Shown here piece by piece: positions 9,661 to 18,848 of a stretch of 64,000 nt of DNA (its first letter is position 1; each line of letters opens with the position of its first letter). The stretch comes from Acidobacteriota bacterium (GTDB lineage: Bacteria; Acidobacteriota; CAIWXX01). A program made the translations under genes and the position numbers. The notes under the pieces were generated by a model. The model ran no database searches and was not told where the DNA came from. It saw nothing but the letters and a program-made list of their open reading frames with translations. The stretch spans positions 96,001-160,000 of the forward strand of contig JBFMAF010000020.1 of assembly GCA_040755995.1 (NCBI GenBank). Direction: 5' to 3'.

Positions 9661-11144
9661 GCGTCCCTCTTGAGCGTCCGCAGCAGCTCGCCTTCGGCGC
9701 TGCGTACGTTGACGACGAGCGGCATGCGACCCGGCAGCGCGTGCGTCGCGCACGAGAGGCACGGATCATAGAGCCTGAAGGCCATCTCGATTCGATTGAG
9801 CAGGCCGTCAGTCGCAACCACGCCTCTCTTGATGAGCCCCTCGGCCGCTCTCCGGATGCTCATCGAAATCGGCGCGTGGTTGTTGGTGGTGCCGACGACA
9901 AGGTTCACCCGCGTGAGGACGCCGCGCTCGTCGGACTCGTAGTGGTGCGTGAGCGTGCCCCGCGGCGCTTCGACGCACCCGATCCCGATTCCGACTATCT
10001 TTTCCGGGATCCGGCGCACTTCCGGCGAGGTCAGCACCGGATCCTCGGCCAGTTCGAGCATCCGCTCGGATGCGTACAGCATCTCGATGAGCCTCGCCCA
10101 GTGCGTCGCCAGCCGATGGTGCACGGGCTGGCAGCGCCCGTTCACCCTCTTGCACCCGAACGCCTCGTAGAACCTCTCGAAGTGCCCCTGCGCCTTCGGC
10201 GTCGCCATGCGATCCGACACGTTGAGCCTCGCGAGCGGCGATGCGCAGTAGACGCCGCTGTCGCTGCCATCGACGAAGCCCTTCCATCCGGTCTTCCTCA
10301 AGAACGGGAATTTCAGGTATGTCCATGGCTCGACGTGCTCGGCGATGTGCTCAAGATAGGCGTTCGCATCGTACTTCACCAGCTCTACGCCGTCGGGCCC
10401 GACGATCCTGATCATACCGTCGTAGAAGTTGGCCCGGTTCTGATCGTCGACCATACCCATGTAGTACGTGCGGTGCAGAAAGAGATCCGACGTGAGAAGC
10501 TCGGCATGGGCCGGATTCGACAGAACGATGTCATGGAAGACCTGCAGGCTGAAGAGCGCGAAGTCGATGTTCTTCCGCGCTATTTCCAGGAGCTCCATCC
10601 GTTCCGGTTCCGTCACTGCTCTGCTCCAGCCTCCCGGTACTCCAGCCACCGGGTGGATGCCGCGCCCCCCGAGCATCTCGATCGCGTGGTGGTTTCTCTT
10701 GCGGCAATCGATCACTGCCTTGCCGATCTCGACACCGACCTTGCGCACGACGCCGAAGATGTTTCGCTCGCTCGGGGGCGCGTCCGGCCCAACGATGAAG
10801 TCCGGACCGCCGAGCGCATAGAAGTGAGTGGTGTGGTCGCTGACGTAGAACGCCGAGTACACCAGCTCGCGGATCACCCTCCCGGCGGGCGGGGGGTCCA
10901 CGCCGAAGAGCGCATCGAGTGCCTTCGCCGAGGCCATGTGGTGTGCTTCCGGACAGACCCCGCAGATCCGGCTGGTGATGACGGGCATGTCTTCGGCGAG
11001 CCTCCCGATGCAGAAGTGCTCAAACCCCCGCAGCTCCGGCACCTGGAAGTACGCGTTCGCGACGTCACCCTGGTCGTCGAGGAATATCTCTATCCGGCCG
11101 TGACCCTCGAGCCTGGTGATCGGATCGATCGAGATGCGATTCAT
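9657..11144 (-). CDS. mvhA: [NiFe] hydrogenase large subunit, group 3c (MvhA-like)
   Basis: IDPITRLEGHG, L1 SRICGVCPEAH, EAPRGTLTHHY, L2 RLYDPCLSCATH plus cleavable C-terminal tail. Confidence 0.95.
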   Translation of the reverse strand: MNRISIDPITRLEGHGRIEIFLDDQGDVANAYFQVPELRGFEHFCIGRLAEDMPVITSRICGVCPEAHHMASAKALDALFGVDPPPAGRVIRELVYSAFYVSDHTTHFYALGGPDFIVGPDAPPSERNIFGVVRKVGVEIGKAVIDCRKRNHHAIEMLGGRGIHPVAGVPGGWSRAVTEPERMELLEIARKNIDFALFSLQVFHDIVLSNPAHAELLTSDLFLHRTYYMGMVDDQNRANFYDGMIRIVGPDGVELVKYDANAYLEHIAEHVEPWTYLKFPFLRKTGWKGFVDGSDSGVYCASPLARLNVSDRMATPKAQGHFERFYEAFGCKRVNGRCQPVHHRLATHWARLIEMLYASERMLELAEDPVLTSPEVRRIPEKIVGIGIGCVEAPRGTLTHHYESDERGVLTRVNLVVGTTNNHAPISMSIRRAAEGLIKRGVVATDGLLNRIEMAFRLYDPCLSCATHALPGRMPLVVNVRSAEGELLRTLKRDA

Positions 11145-12142
11145 CCCATCTTCCCTTTGAGGATCGAGTGAGCGAGGCTGTACTTGTAGAACGTCCCCGC
11201 GCAGTCGGGAATGGCGTCGAGGATGGCGTCGATACGGTCCTGTCCCGACGGCCCGCCTTTCGCACGGCCCAGGTCCAGGATCGATCCAAGGGAGGCGACC
11301 ATCTTCGCGCCCTGGTCCTGCACCCCTTCCGGCGCCCCGTAGCAGCCGGTGCACGGCATGTTGACCTTGGGGCAGAGCCCGCCGCAGCCGTCTCTCGTTG
11401 CGATCCCCATGCAGATTAGCCCCTGCTCGAGGAGGCATTGATCGGGATCCGGTATGAGCTCGAATGTCCGGTGAAACCCGCCGATGATCTTGTCCTGCTT
11501 CTTCCGCGTGCACTCGTCGCACACGGTGGACCGGCCGGCCCCGAGGACGCTCCCCTTCGGGGGCAGGGGCGCTCCCCTAAGGAGCAGATCGACGACGTTC
11601 GAGAGTTGGCGAGGCTCAGGCGGACACCCCGGGATGAAGTAGTCCACATCGGTGACCTGCTCGAGCGTCTGGACTCGATCGAAGAACTCGGGAAGGCGCA
11701 GCTCCCCTTCGGCGACCGGCGTCCCAGGCGCAGGTGTGGCCCGAGTGGGGTTGTCGAGCGAGGGACTCTCGATGTAGATCGTACGCATGTGTTCGGAAGC
11801 AGTCGAGAGATTGCTGAGAGCCGGCATGCACCCCTCGTACGCACACGATCCGTACGCGACAAGCACCTGGGACTTGTGGCGCAGGAGCCGCGCCATTTCG
11901 CGGTTCTCCTCGGTTCTGACCGCCCCATTGAAGAGCGTGACGGCGATCCCACGGTCCGGGAGCGCCTCGACCCCCGCCTTCTTCGTGTCCACGAGGCAGG
12001 GGCAGAAGACCAGATCGAAGTGCGCATCGATCTCCAGTATCTTCTCGTGCAGGTTCAGCAACGAGATCTCGCATCCTCCGCAGGAGGCAGCCCAGTACAT
12101 ACTCAGCAGCGGCTTGTCCACTTTGGTGTGCTCCCTGAACAT
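11141..12142 (-). CDS. mvhG: [NiFe] hydrogenase small subunit (MvhG-like)
   Basis: WAASCGGCE, AYGSCA, IPGCPP, VCDEC, CLLEQGLICMG..GCGGLCP..PCTGCYG; no Tat signal. Confidence 0.93.
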   Translation of the reverse strand: MFREHTKVDKPLLSMYWAASCGGCEISLLNLHEKILEIDAHFDLVFCPCLVDTKKAGVEALPDRGIAVTLFNGAVRTEENREMARLLRHKSQVLVAYGSCAYEGCMPALSNLSTASEHMRTIYIESPSLDNPTRATPAPGTPVAEGELRLPEFFDRVQTLEQVTDVDYFIPGCPPEPRQLSNVVDLLLRGAPLPPKGSVLGAGRSTVCDECTRKKQDKIIGGFHRTFELIPDPDQCLLEQGLICMGIATRDGCGGLCPKVNMPCTGCYGAPEGVQDQGAKMVASLGSILDLGRAKGGPSGQDRIDAILDAIPDCAGTFYKYSLAHSILKGKMG

Positions 12143-12361
12143 GATGACGCCGGCTCGCCGGTGCGCTCAGTCGCGCAACCCGGTCGCCGGCCAATCACGC
12201 ATGAATGGCCGCGGCGTCGCGTTCAGTCCCTCCCGGTTTTCTCTCTGCCCCGTGGTTGCCCCACCACATGTGCGCGCTAGTGTATCACATCCACACCGGT
12301 TCTGCAGCAGCTGATTCAAGGGGAATCCATCTGTCCACGAACGTGTACGGGGACGGGGCTG

Positions 12362-12390
12362 TTGACAAGGTCGGCTTGTCGGGCTAGTTT
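12362..12390 (+). promoter_or_regulatory. Sigma70-type promoter for the RDD/MoxR cluster, overlapped by inverted repeat GACAAG-N5-CTTGTC
   Basis: TTGACA 12362-12367, 17-nt spacer, TAGTTT 12385-12390. Confidence 0.5.
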
Positions 12391-12465
12391 TACGTCTCGG
12401 AAATCGCACAAACAGAATGAGAGGAACTTCCCAGGCCAGATGTGGCGCCGGCGAGTGGGTAGGGA

Positions 12466-13242
12466 ATGACTGAGTGGTACTATCTGGATGGCGGACAACA
12501 GATCGGGCCGCTCTCAGATGATGATATCAAGAAAGCGGTCGCGAGGGGGGCGGTGACGGGCCAGACGCTGGTCTGGCGAGCCGGGCTGGCCGGATGGGAG
12601 AAGTATGAGATCGCGAGCTCGGCCGGCGCATCGGACGCCTTCGGCGTAGCGCCGGTAGCAGGCATCTCAACTGGCAGCGTCGTCTGCTCACAGTGCGGCG
12701 GGCGCTTCACGACCGAAGAAGCGATCCTCTTCGAGAGCCTGTGGGTGTGTGCCGGGTGCAAGCCAACGTTCTTCCAGAAGCTCAAGGAAGGGGCACGACC
12801 GGCGGGGCTGATGGAGTATGCGGGGATCGGCCAGCGGTTTCTCGCGCGTGTGCTGGATGGGCTGATTGTCGGCGTCCCTCTGATGATTCTACTCGGTTTG
12901 TCGATGTTTCTGCTGATCGGTCGGATGGAATCGCAGCCGGCTGACAGCGCCTTGCCACTGGCGTCCGTCCTGCTGATGGAGTTGGGCATGTATGCGATCT
13001 GGGGCGCTTACAACATCTTGATGATCGGCAGATACGGCGCAACGGTGGGCAAGATGGCCCTCAAGATCAGGATCGTTACGGCAGGAGGCGGGCGTGTCAG
13101 TTATGCGAGAGCAGCCGGGCGGTTCTTCGCGGAAATCCTCAGCGGAATGATCCTGTACATCGGCTACATCATCGCCTTCTTCGACAGCGAGAGACGTGCG
13201 CTTCATGACCACATCTGCAGCACGAGGGTGATCCGTGCGTGA
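12466..13242 (+). CDS. RDD family membrane protein with N-terminal GYF_2 (DUF4339) domain and zinc finger
   Basis: WYYLDGGQQIGPLS..TLVWRAGLAGW (GYF_2), CSQC..CAGC, YAGIGQRFLARVLDG..GATVGK..RALHDHICSTRV (RDD). Confidence 0.9.
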   Translation: MTEWYYLDGGQQIGPLSDDDIKKAVARGAVTGQTLVWRAGLAGWEKYEIASSAGASDAFGVAPVAGISTGSVVCSQCGGRFTTEEAILFESLWVCAGCKPTFFQKLKEGARPAGLMEYAGIGQRFLARVLDGLIVGVPLMILLGLSMFLLIGRMESQPADSALPLASVLLMELGMYAIWGAYNILMIGRYGATVGKMALKIRIVTAGGGRVSYARAAGRFFAEILSGMILYIGYIIAFFDSERRALHDHICSTRVIRA

Positions 13243-13444
13243 CGGCGCCAATGGGCTCGATGCGAGAGAGACGTTGCGATCGAGCATGGTTTGCCGCATC
13301 GTGCCATGGGTTTCTGATCTGTGCCCGTACCAGATCCCGATTCGGGGCGGGCACGGCGACGGGTACTGGCCTCTCGTGAGACCCTGCCTCGCCGGTCCGG
13401 GGCCGATTGCGCAGCGGCGCAGATAGGCGGTCGGATCTTGAGCC

Positions 13445-14029
13445 ATGCTCCCTGAGGATCTGACCTGCAGCTCCTGTGCAGCGCCTATCATCCCCGCGCT
13501 TGTCAGCCCGCACCGGACGCTTGAGTGTCCGCGATGCGGCTCCACGCTGGACGTGCACGTGTTCCCGGCGCTCTTCAAGCCGCCGGCCCGCGGCACGGCG
13601 GGAGAACAGGTACAGCTCGAAGGCGAGCCAAGCTGCTACTACCATGCGCAGAAGAAAGCAGTCGTGCTCTGCGACAACTGCGGGCGATTCCTCTGCGCGC
13701 TTTGCGACGTGGCCATGGCCGGGGGCCACTACTGCCCGCAGTGCCTCGACAGGCGTGGCAAAGTGGCCAGGGTGAAGACTCTCGAGAACCATCGCGTGCT
13801 CTATGACAGCGTCGCGCTCTCCCTGGCGATCGTGCCGCTGCTCATCTTTTACTTCGTCATCATCACGGCTCCGATAGCCATATTCGTGGCGATCCGTCAC
13901 TGGAATTCGCCGGGCAGCCTGGTCAGGAGGACGAAGATCCGATTCGTCGTGGCCATCGCGTTGGGCTGCATCGAGTTCGCACTGTGCGTCCTCTTCATCT
14001 ATGCGCTGTTCTTCGCGCGGCGTGGCTGA
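13445..14029 (+). CDS. Zinc-ribbon/B-box-like zinc finger membrane protein
   Basis: CSSC..CPRC, CYYH..CDNC..CALC..HYCPQC, followed by hydrophobic C-terminal segments. Confidence 0.75.
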   Translation: MLPEDLTCSSCAAPIIPALVSPHRTLECPRCGSTLDVHVFPALFKPPARGTAGEQVQLEGEPSCYYHAQKKAVVLCDNCGRFLCALCDVAMAGGHYCPQCLDRRGKVARVKTLENHRVLYDSVALSLAIVPLLIFYFVIITAPIAIFVAIRHWNSPGSLVRRTKIRFVVAIALGCIEFALCVLFIYALFFARRG

Positions 14030-14550
14030 TGGGTGCCGAGAAGGAATACAGGCGGCTGCCCGGTGTCGGGCGCGGAATGGTTCGGCATACCAGGCTCTAT
14101 CTCGGGCGTGATCATCTGCTCCTGGTGGAATCCGCTGGATACTCGGAAGACTACAAACGGTTCTACTTCCAGGACATTCAGGCGTTCGTCTGCCGCAGGA
14201 CCAGGCGGCGGTCTTGGTGGAGTGCCGTTCTCACGATACCGATTGCTCTGGGCGCGGCTGCAATCTTCGCCAGTTCTGAGGGAGCACTGCGCGTGATGTG
14301 GGCGGTGCTGGGGAGCCCGTTCGTCGTTGCTCTTCTGGTGAACCTGCTCAGGGGCCCCACCTGCGTGACACACGTTCACACGCCGGTGCAGATTGTCAAG
14401 CTGGCGTCGCTCGGCCGTCTGCGCCGAGCGCGCAAGGTGATAGGCAGGCTCCAGGTTGTGATCGAGAGCGTTCAGGGTGCCGTCGACCCCGCCGTGCTCA
14501 AAGCCGGCACGGCCGCCTCCCACGAGTCACTGGCGACCCCTATTGGCTGA
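14029..14550 (+). CDS. Hypothetical membrane protein
   Basis: TGATG-coupled to the upstream gene; LYLGRDHLLLVES.GYSEDYKRFYFQDIQA followed by two TM segments. Confidence 0.7.
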   Translation: MGAEKEYRRLPGVGRGMVRHTRLYLGRDHLLLVESAGYSEDYKRFYFQDIQAFVCRRTRRRSWWSAVLTIPIALGAAAIFASSEGALRVMWAVLGSPFVVALLVNLLRGPTCVTHVHTPVQIVKLASLGRLRRARKVIGRLQVVIESVQGAVDPAVLKAGTAASHESLATPIG

Positions 14551-14584
14551 CAGTTGCATCGGCCGGCGATGAGGCTGCAAGACA

Positions 14585-14956
14585 ATGGCCATGCGAAGCG
14601 CTGATCAATCCGCAGAATCTGCAGCGCTTGATCGGCGCTGTTTCTACCACGCATCCAGAGAGGCTGTCGCACGTTGCCCCGGTTGCAGGAGATACTACTG
14701 TCGCGAATGCGTGACGGATCACGAAGGTCGCGCCCTCTGCGCATCCTGCCTGAAGAAGCAGCTCCGGCCTCACGGGGCGCGCAGCCGGAAGCTGCTGCGC
14801 TGGATGGGTTCCTCGATCCGGGTGCTCGCCGGCATATTCCTCGCCTGGGCGTTCTTCTACTACATCGGCCTCGCTCTCTTGCGAATCCCATCGGCATTTC
14901 ACGAGGGATCGATCTGGTCGGACGGGCCATCGGAACCTCCGCCCTCGCAACGATGA
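14585..14956 (+). CDS. B-box-like zinc finger protein with C-terminal TM helix
   Basis: RCFYHASREAVARCPGCRRYYCRECVTDHEGRALCASC, then TM; ATGA overlap with the next gene. Confidence 0.75.
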   Translation: MAMRSADQSAESAALDRRCFYHASREAVARCPGCRRYYCRECVTDHEGRALCASCLKKQLRPHGARSRKLLRWMGSSIRVLAGIFLAWAFFYYIGLALLRIPSAFHEGSIWSDGPSEPPPSQR

Positions 14957-16632
14957 CTCGGCCAAGCCGTCCGGCGCCCGAGCACGGCGCAATCGAAGTC
15001 CTCGAGGGTGCATTCGGGCTGCTTCGGTCGGCAGATGGGGCCACAGTGATGGCCTATGCCCTGGGAACACTACCGTTCCTGTTGACCGTTCTCTATTTCT
15101 GCGGCGACATGAGCCGTGGTGCATCTGCTGCCGGACACCTGCCTGAGGCAGCCCTCGGCGTGGCGCTCTGTTTCATCTGGATGAAGACCTGGCATGCGAT
15201 CTTTGCCGGCCGGCTCATGGCTCTGCTGACCGAGGCCGCGCCGGCGCGTATCGGCGTTCTACGCTTCCTGAAGACCATGGCCGGCCAGTCGTTCATCCAG
15301 TCGACCGCCCTTGTCGTATTGCCGCTCTCGGTTATCCTGCTGGGTCCTTTCGGATGGGTTTATGCCTTCTTTCACAATTTCTCGGTGTACGGGGCGGGCG
15401 ATGATGCCAGAGCCGCCTATTCGAAATCCGAACGGTTCGCCCTGATCTGGCCGATGCAGAACCACGCCATGATCCTGATCCTCTGGCTGTTTGGTCTGTT
15501 CGTTTTCGCAGATGTATTTGCCAGCCTCCTCCTGGCTCCTTTCCTCCTGCACACGCTGTTGGGAGTCGAGACGGTCTTCACGAGGAGCCCCTACGCGTTA
15601 TTGAACACGACGTTCCTGGGAATAGCCGTATGTCTCACATACCTGTGCGTGAACCCGCTCTCGCTCGCGGCCTACGTCCTGCGATGCTACCATGGCGAAT
15701 CGGTGCGCACCGGGGAGGACTTGAAAGTGGAGCTGAAACGAGCTGCACGGGACAGGGCGAAGCAGGCTGTCGTGGCGCTCCTCCTCGCCGCAATCCTCAT
15801 CGGCGGAACACCTGCTCGATGCCATGGCTCCAGCGCCGCAGTGGGACGCACGGACGCGAGCGCGTCCTCGACCATCAGCCCCGAGGACCTCGATCGGACG
15901 CTCCGAGAGGTGATGGCGAGGCGGGAGTTCGCGTGGAGGGCGCCGGGGGAAGAGGGACCGAGCGAGATGGTCATCCACGAGGGTCCGATCGCGCGTTTCC
16001 TGGAAGCCGTCGAGGACTTGCTTGCCAGCTGGTACAAGAAGATCAAGCGATTGATCGGGAGGCTCCTGGCCTGGATTCGAGAGCGCTTGAAGTCCGAAGA
16101 GACCGCGTCCGGCGAGCCGCACGGCTCCGTGCTCTGGATGTTCTATACGCGCGCACTGTTGTTTCTGCTGCTGGCCGCGGCCCTGAGCGTCCTCGCCGTC
16201 TCCGGACTGAGGCTGTACAGGAGGCGGACGAGGGATGAAGCAGAAGCATCGCTGCAACCGCGGGCGATGCGAGTCGACGTGAGCGACGACTCTGTCGGCG
16301 CCGGGGAGCTTCCTGCAGAGGAGTGGCTCGAGATGGCCAGGGCTCTGACCGAGAAGGGCGAGTTCAGGCTGGCAGTGCGGGCACTCTACCTGGCCACGAT
16401 GGCCCGGTTGGCACGCGCCGAGCTGATCACGCTGTCAGTGTACAAGTCCAATGCCGAGTACCAACGAGAGCTCCGCCGCAAGGCCGCAAGCCGGGTGGAT
16501 GTCCCCGACTGCTTTTCACTGATGCTGCAGACCTTCGAGCGCGTCTGGTATGGGCGCTTCGCTGCCGACGAGAATCTGGTGGAAGACACCAGGCAGCTGA
16601 TGGAGCGGATGAGGATCGAAGCCGGTGCGTAG
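14953..16632 (+). CDS. Polytopic membrane protein with C-terminal DUF4129 domain
   Basis: Several TM segments ending RTGEDL, then A..GEFRLAVRALYLA..KSNAEY..FERVWYG (DUF4129). Confidence 0.82.
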   Translation: MTRPSRPAPEHGAIEVLEGAFGLLRSADGATVMAYALGTLPFLLTVLYFCGDMSRGASAAGHLPEAALGVALCFIWMKTWHAIFAGRLMALLTEAAPARIGVLRFLKTMAGQSFIQSTALVVLPLSVILLGPFGWVYAFFHNFSVYGAGDDARAAYSKSERFALIWPMQNHAMILILWLFGLFVFADVFASLLLAPFLLHTLLGVETVFTRSPYALLNTTFLGIAVCLTYLCVNPLSLAAYVLRCYHGESVRTGEDLKVELKRAARDRAKQAVVALLLAAILIGGTPARCHGSSAAVGRTDASASSTISPEDLDRTLREVMARREFAWRAPGEEGPSEMVIHEGPIARFLEAVEDLLASWYKKIKRLIGRLLAWIRERLKSEETASGEPHGSVLWMFYTRALLFLLLAAALSVLAVSGLRLYRRRTRDEAEASLQPRAMRVDVSDDSVGAGELPAEEWLEMARALTEKGEFRLAVRALYLATMARLARAELITLSVYKSNAEYQRELRRKAASRVDVPDCFSLMLQTFERVWYGRFAADENLVEDTRQLMERMRIEAGA

Positions 16633-17839
16633 ATTGAGCTCGGCCGCGCTGTTGGTCTTGTGTCTCGCCTTCTCCGCCGGGCTGATCCGCCTGTTGAGCT
16701 TGCGCTTTTCCACAGGCGACGTCTACCCGGCATATTCATCCCTTCGCGCGGATCCGCTAGGTACGAAGGCTCTGTACGAGGCCATCGGCATGATCGAGGG
16801 ATGTTCGGTGCAGAGGAACTATGGCCCGGCCGACGACATCCCGTCCGGGAAAGGCCGGACGCTGGTCGTCGCAGGCCTGCACGCGTTCGAGCTGAAGGCT
16901 GCAGCCGGAGGTGACATCAGCGATCTCGCGGATTGGACCAATCGAGGCGGCAGACTGATCATCGCTCTGTATCCCGCAACCTACAGGCCGGAAGAGGAGA
17001 AGGAGGAGAGCAGCGAGAAGAAGCCCGAGAAGCGCTCAGCCCCTCGCGATGGATGCTCGACCGGTTCGCCGGCTCGTGGCATCGAGAGGCTGTGGGGCTT
17101 CGAACTGGAGCCCATCCCGCCAACCGCGGGCTCTCAGCACGACAGGAAGGAGGCGTTGGCGACGAGGACCGTCGAAGTCGCTATGCTGCCCCCGAGCGTC
17201 CCGTGGCACAGCGCACTGGCTTTCCGGACGGTCAAGCCGGGCTGGAGGCCGATTCTCGTGATGAACGGCTCCTTGCCCGTCGTCGTCGAGCGCGCTTTCG
17301 GGCAAGGAACCGTCGTGCTCTGCTCGGATTCGTACCTCCTGAGCAACGAGGCGATGAAGAAGGATCGGCAGCCTGCGTTCCTGACCTGGTTGATTGGATC
17401 GAGCTCGACGGTCATCTTCGACGAAACGCATCTCGGCGTATCTGACCCGATAGGGGTAGTGTCTCTGATCCGCGGATATGGCCTGGACGGCCTGCTGCTG
17501 GGCCTTGCCGCACTCGCGCTCCTCTTCGTCTGGAAGAACGCCGTGAGCTTCCTCCCGCCACTGGGGTCCACTGGAGGCGAAAGATCCGGCGTGCAAGGCA
17601 GGGACTCGACGGCGGCCTTCGTGAGCCTGCTCCGCAGAAACCTGCGCGACAAGGATGTCTTGCGCGTGTGCCTCGACGAGTGGAAGCGCACTGCCGGCAG
17701 CGCGCGCCGCATGACGCCCGAACAGATCGCCCAGATGGCTGCCGTGGTGGAACGGAGCTCCAAGTCGAAGGGGGCTCACAGTGACATCGCAGCAGCGTAT
17801 CGAGATCTATGCGACATCGTACGCAGATCGCAGACCTAG
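16625..17839 (+). CDS. DUF4350 domain membrane protein
   Basis: YSSLRADPLGTKALYE, GQGTVVLCSDSYLLSNEAM, VIFDETHLG, then TM. Confidence 0.8.
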   Translation: MRRLSSAALLVLCLAFSAGLIRLLSLRFSTGDVYPAYSSLRADPLGTKALYEAIGMIEGCSVQRNYGPADDIPSGKGRTLVVAGLHAFELKAAAGGDISDLADWTNRGGRLIIALYPATYRPEEEKEESSEKKPEKRSAPRDGCSTGSPARGIERLWGFELEPIPPTAGSQHDRKEALATRTVEVAMLPPSVPWHSALAFRTVKPGWRPILVMNGSLPVVVERAFGQGTVVLCSDSYLLSNEAMKKDRQPAFLTWLIGSSSTVIFDETHLGVSDPIGVVSLIRGYGLDGLLLGLAALALLFVWKNAVSFLPPLGSTGGERSGVQGRDSTAAFVSLLRRNLRDKDVLRVCLDEWKRTAGSARRMTPEQIAQMAAVVERSSKSKGAHSDIAAAYRDLCDIVRRSQT

Positions 17840-17854
17840 AAAGGTTGATCCGGA

Positions 17855-18820
17855 ATGAGCCAGGAACTTGACTATCTCAAGGACGTGCTGAAGCGGGCGA
17901 AGGATGAGGTTTCGAAGGTCATCATCGGCCAATCGGAGGTGATCGACCATTCGCTCGTGGTCATCTTCACGGGGCACCATGCCATTATCGAAGGTGTTCC
18001 CGGTGTCGCCAAGACGCTTCTCGTCAGAACTCTCGCGCAGATCATCAAGTGCGATTTCGCCCGCATACAGTTCACCCCCGACCTGATGCCTGCCGACATC
18101 ACCGGGACCAATGTGTTCAATCTCCAGAGGAACGAATTCGCATTGGTCAAGGGTCCTGTGTTCACGACGTTTCTCCTGGCGGACGAGATCAATCGCGCGC
18201 CGGCCAAGACTCAGTCGGCGCTGCTGCAGGCGATGCAGGAACGGCAGGTCACGATCGATCGCGAGACCTACCCGCTCTCGCCCCTCTTCACCGTGTTCGC
18301 AACGCAGAACCCTATCGAATACGAAGGGACGTACCCGCTGCCGGAGGCCCAGAAGGACCGATTCATGCTCAAGATAATCATGGGGTGCCCCGAGCAGGAT
18401 GAGGAACTGGTACTCGCACGCCGGATGCTCGGGCGCGATTCTCCCGAGGCCACGCTCGCGAGCGGCGCGGTCAAGCCGGTGCTGGGCCCGGAGGAGCTGC
18501 TGAGGCTGCGGCCGGTGTTCGAAGAGGTGACGGTGCGCGAAGAGCAGCTCGCGTATGTCGTCGAGCTTGTCCGGCGGACTCGCAGTCACCAGAGCCTCAT
18601 GGTCGGCGGCGGCCCGCGCGCCACCCAGTCCCTTCTCCTGGCAAGCCGGGCGCACGCAGCGCTGCAGGGGAGGGACTTCGTGACCCCCGACGACATCCGG
18701 TTCATGCTGTTGCCCGTCCTGGATCACCGCCTGATCCTGCGTCCGGAATTCGAGGTCGAAGGGATGACAGTCCGGGAAGCCGTCCAGAACCTGCTCAACG
18801 CAGTGCCGGTGCCGCGCTGA
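17855..18820 (+). CDS. moxR: MoxR-family AAA+ ATPase
   Basis: EGVPGVAKT, RIQFTPDLMPADITG, LADEINRAPAKTQSALLQAMQE, ATQNPIEYEGTYPLPEAQKDRF. Confidence 0.96.
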   Translation: MSQELDYLKDVLKRAKDEVSKVIIGQSEVIDHSLVVIFTGHHAIIEGVPGVAKTLLVRTLAQIIKCDFARIQFTPDLMPADITGTNVFNLQRNEFALVKGPVFTTFLLADEINRAPAKTQSALLQAMQERQVTIDRETYPLSPLFTVFATQNPIEYEGTYPLPEAQKDRFMLKIIMGCPEQDEELVLARRMLGRDSPEATLASGAVKPVLGPEELLRLRPVFEEVTVREEQLAYVVELVRRTRSHQSLMVGGGPRATQSLLLASRAHAALQGRDFVTPDDIRFMLLPVLDHRLILRPEFEVEGMTVREAVQNLLNAVPVPR

Positions 18821-18848
18821 GGCAGCGGGACAGGGAGGCGCAGGGGAA

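Noticed and set aside
9657..11144. Selenocysteine-containing [NiFeSe] hydrogenase
   Set aside because: The L2 motif is DPCLSC with Cys codons, and no in-frame TGA occurs in mvhA, mvhD or hdrA.
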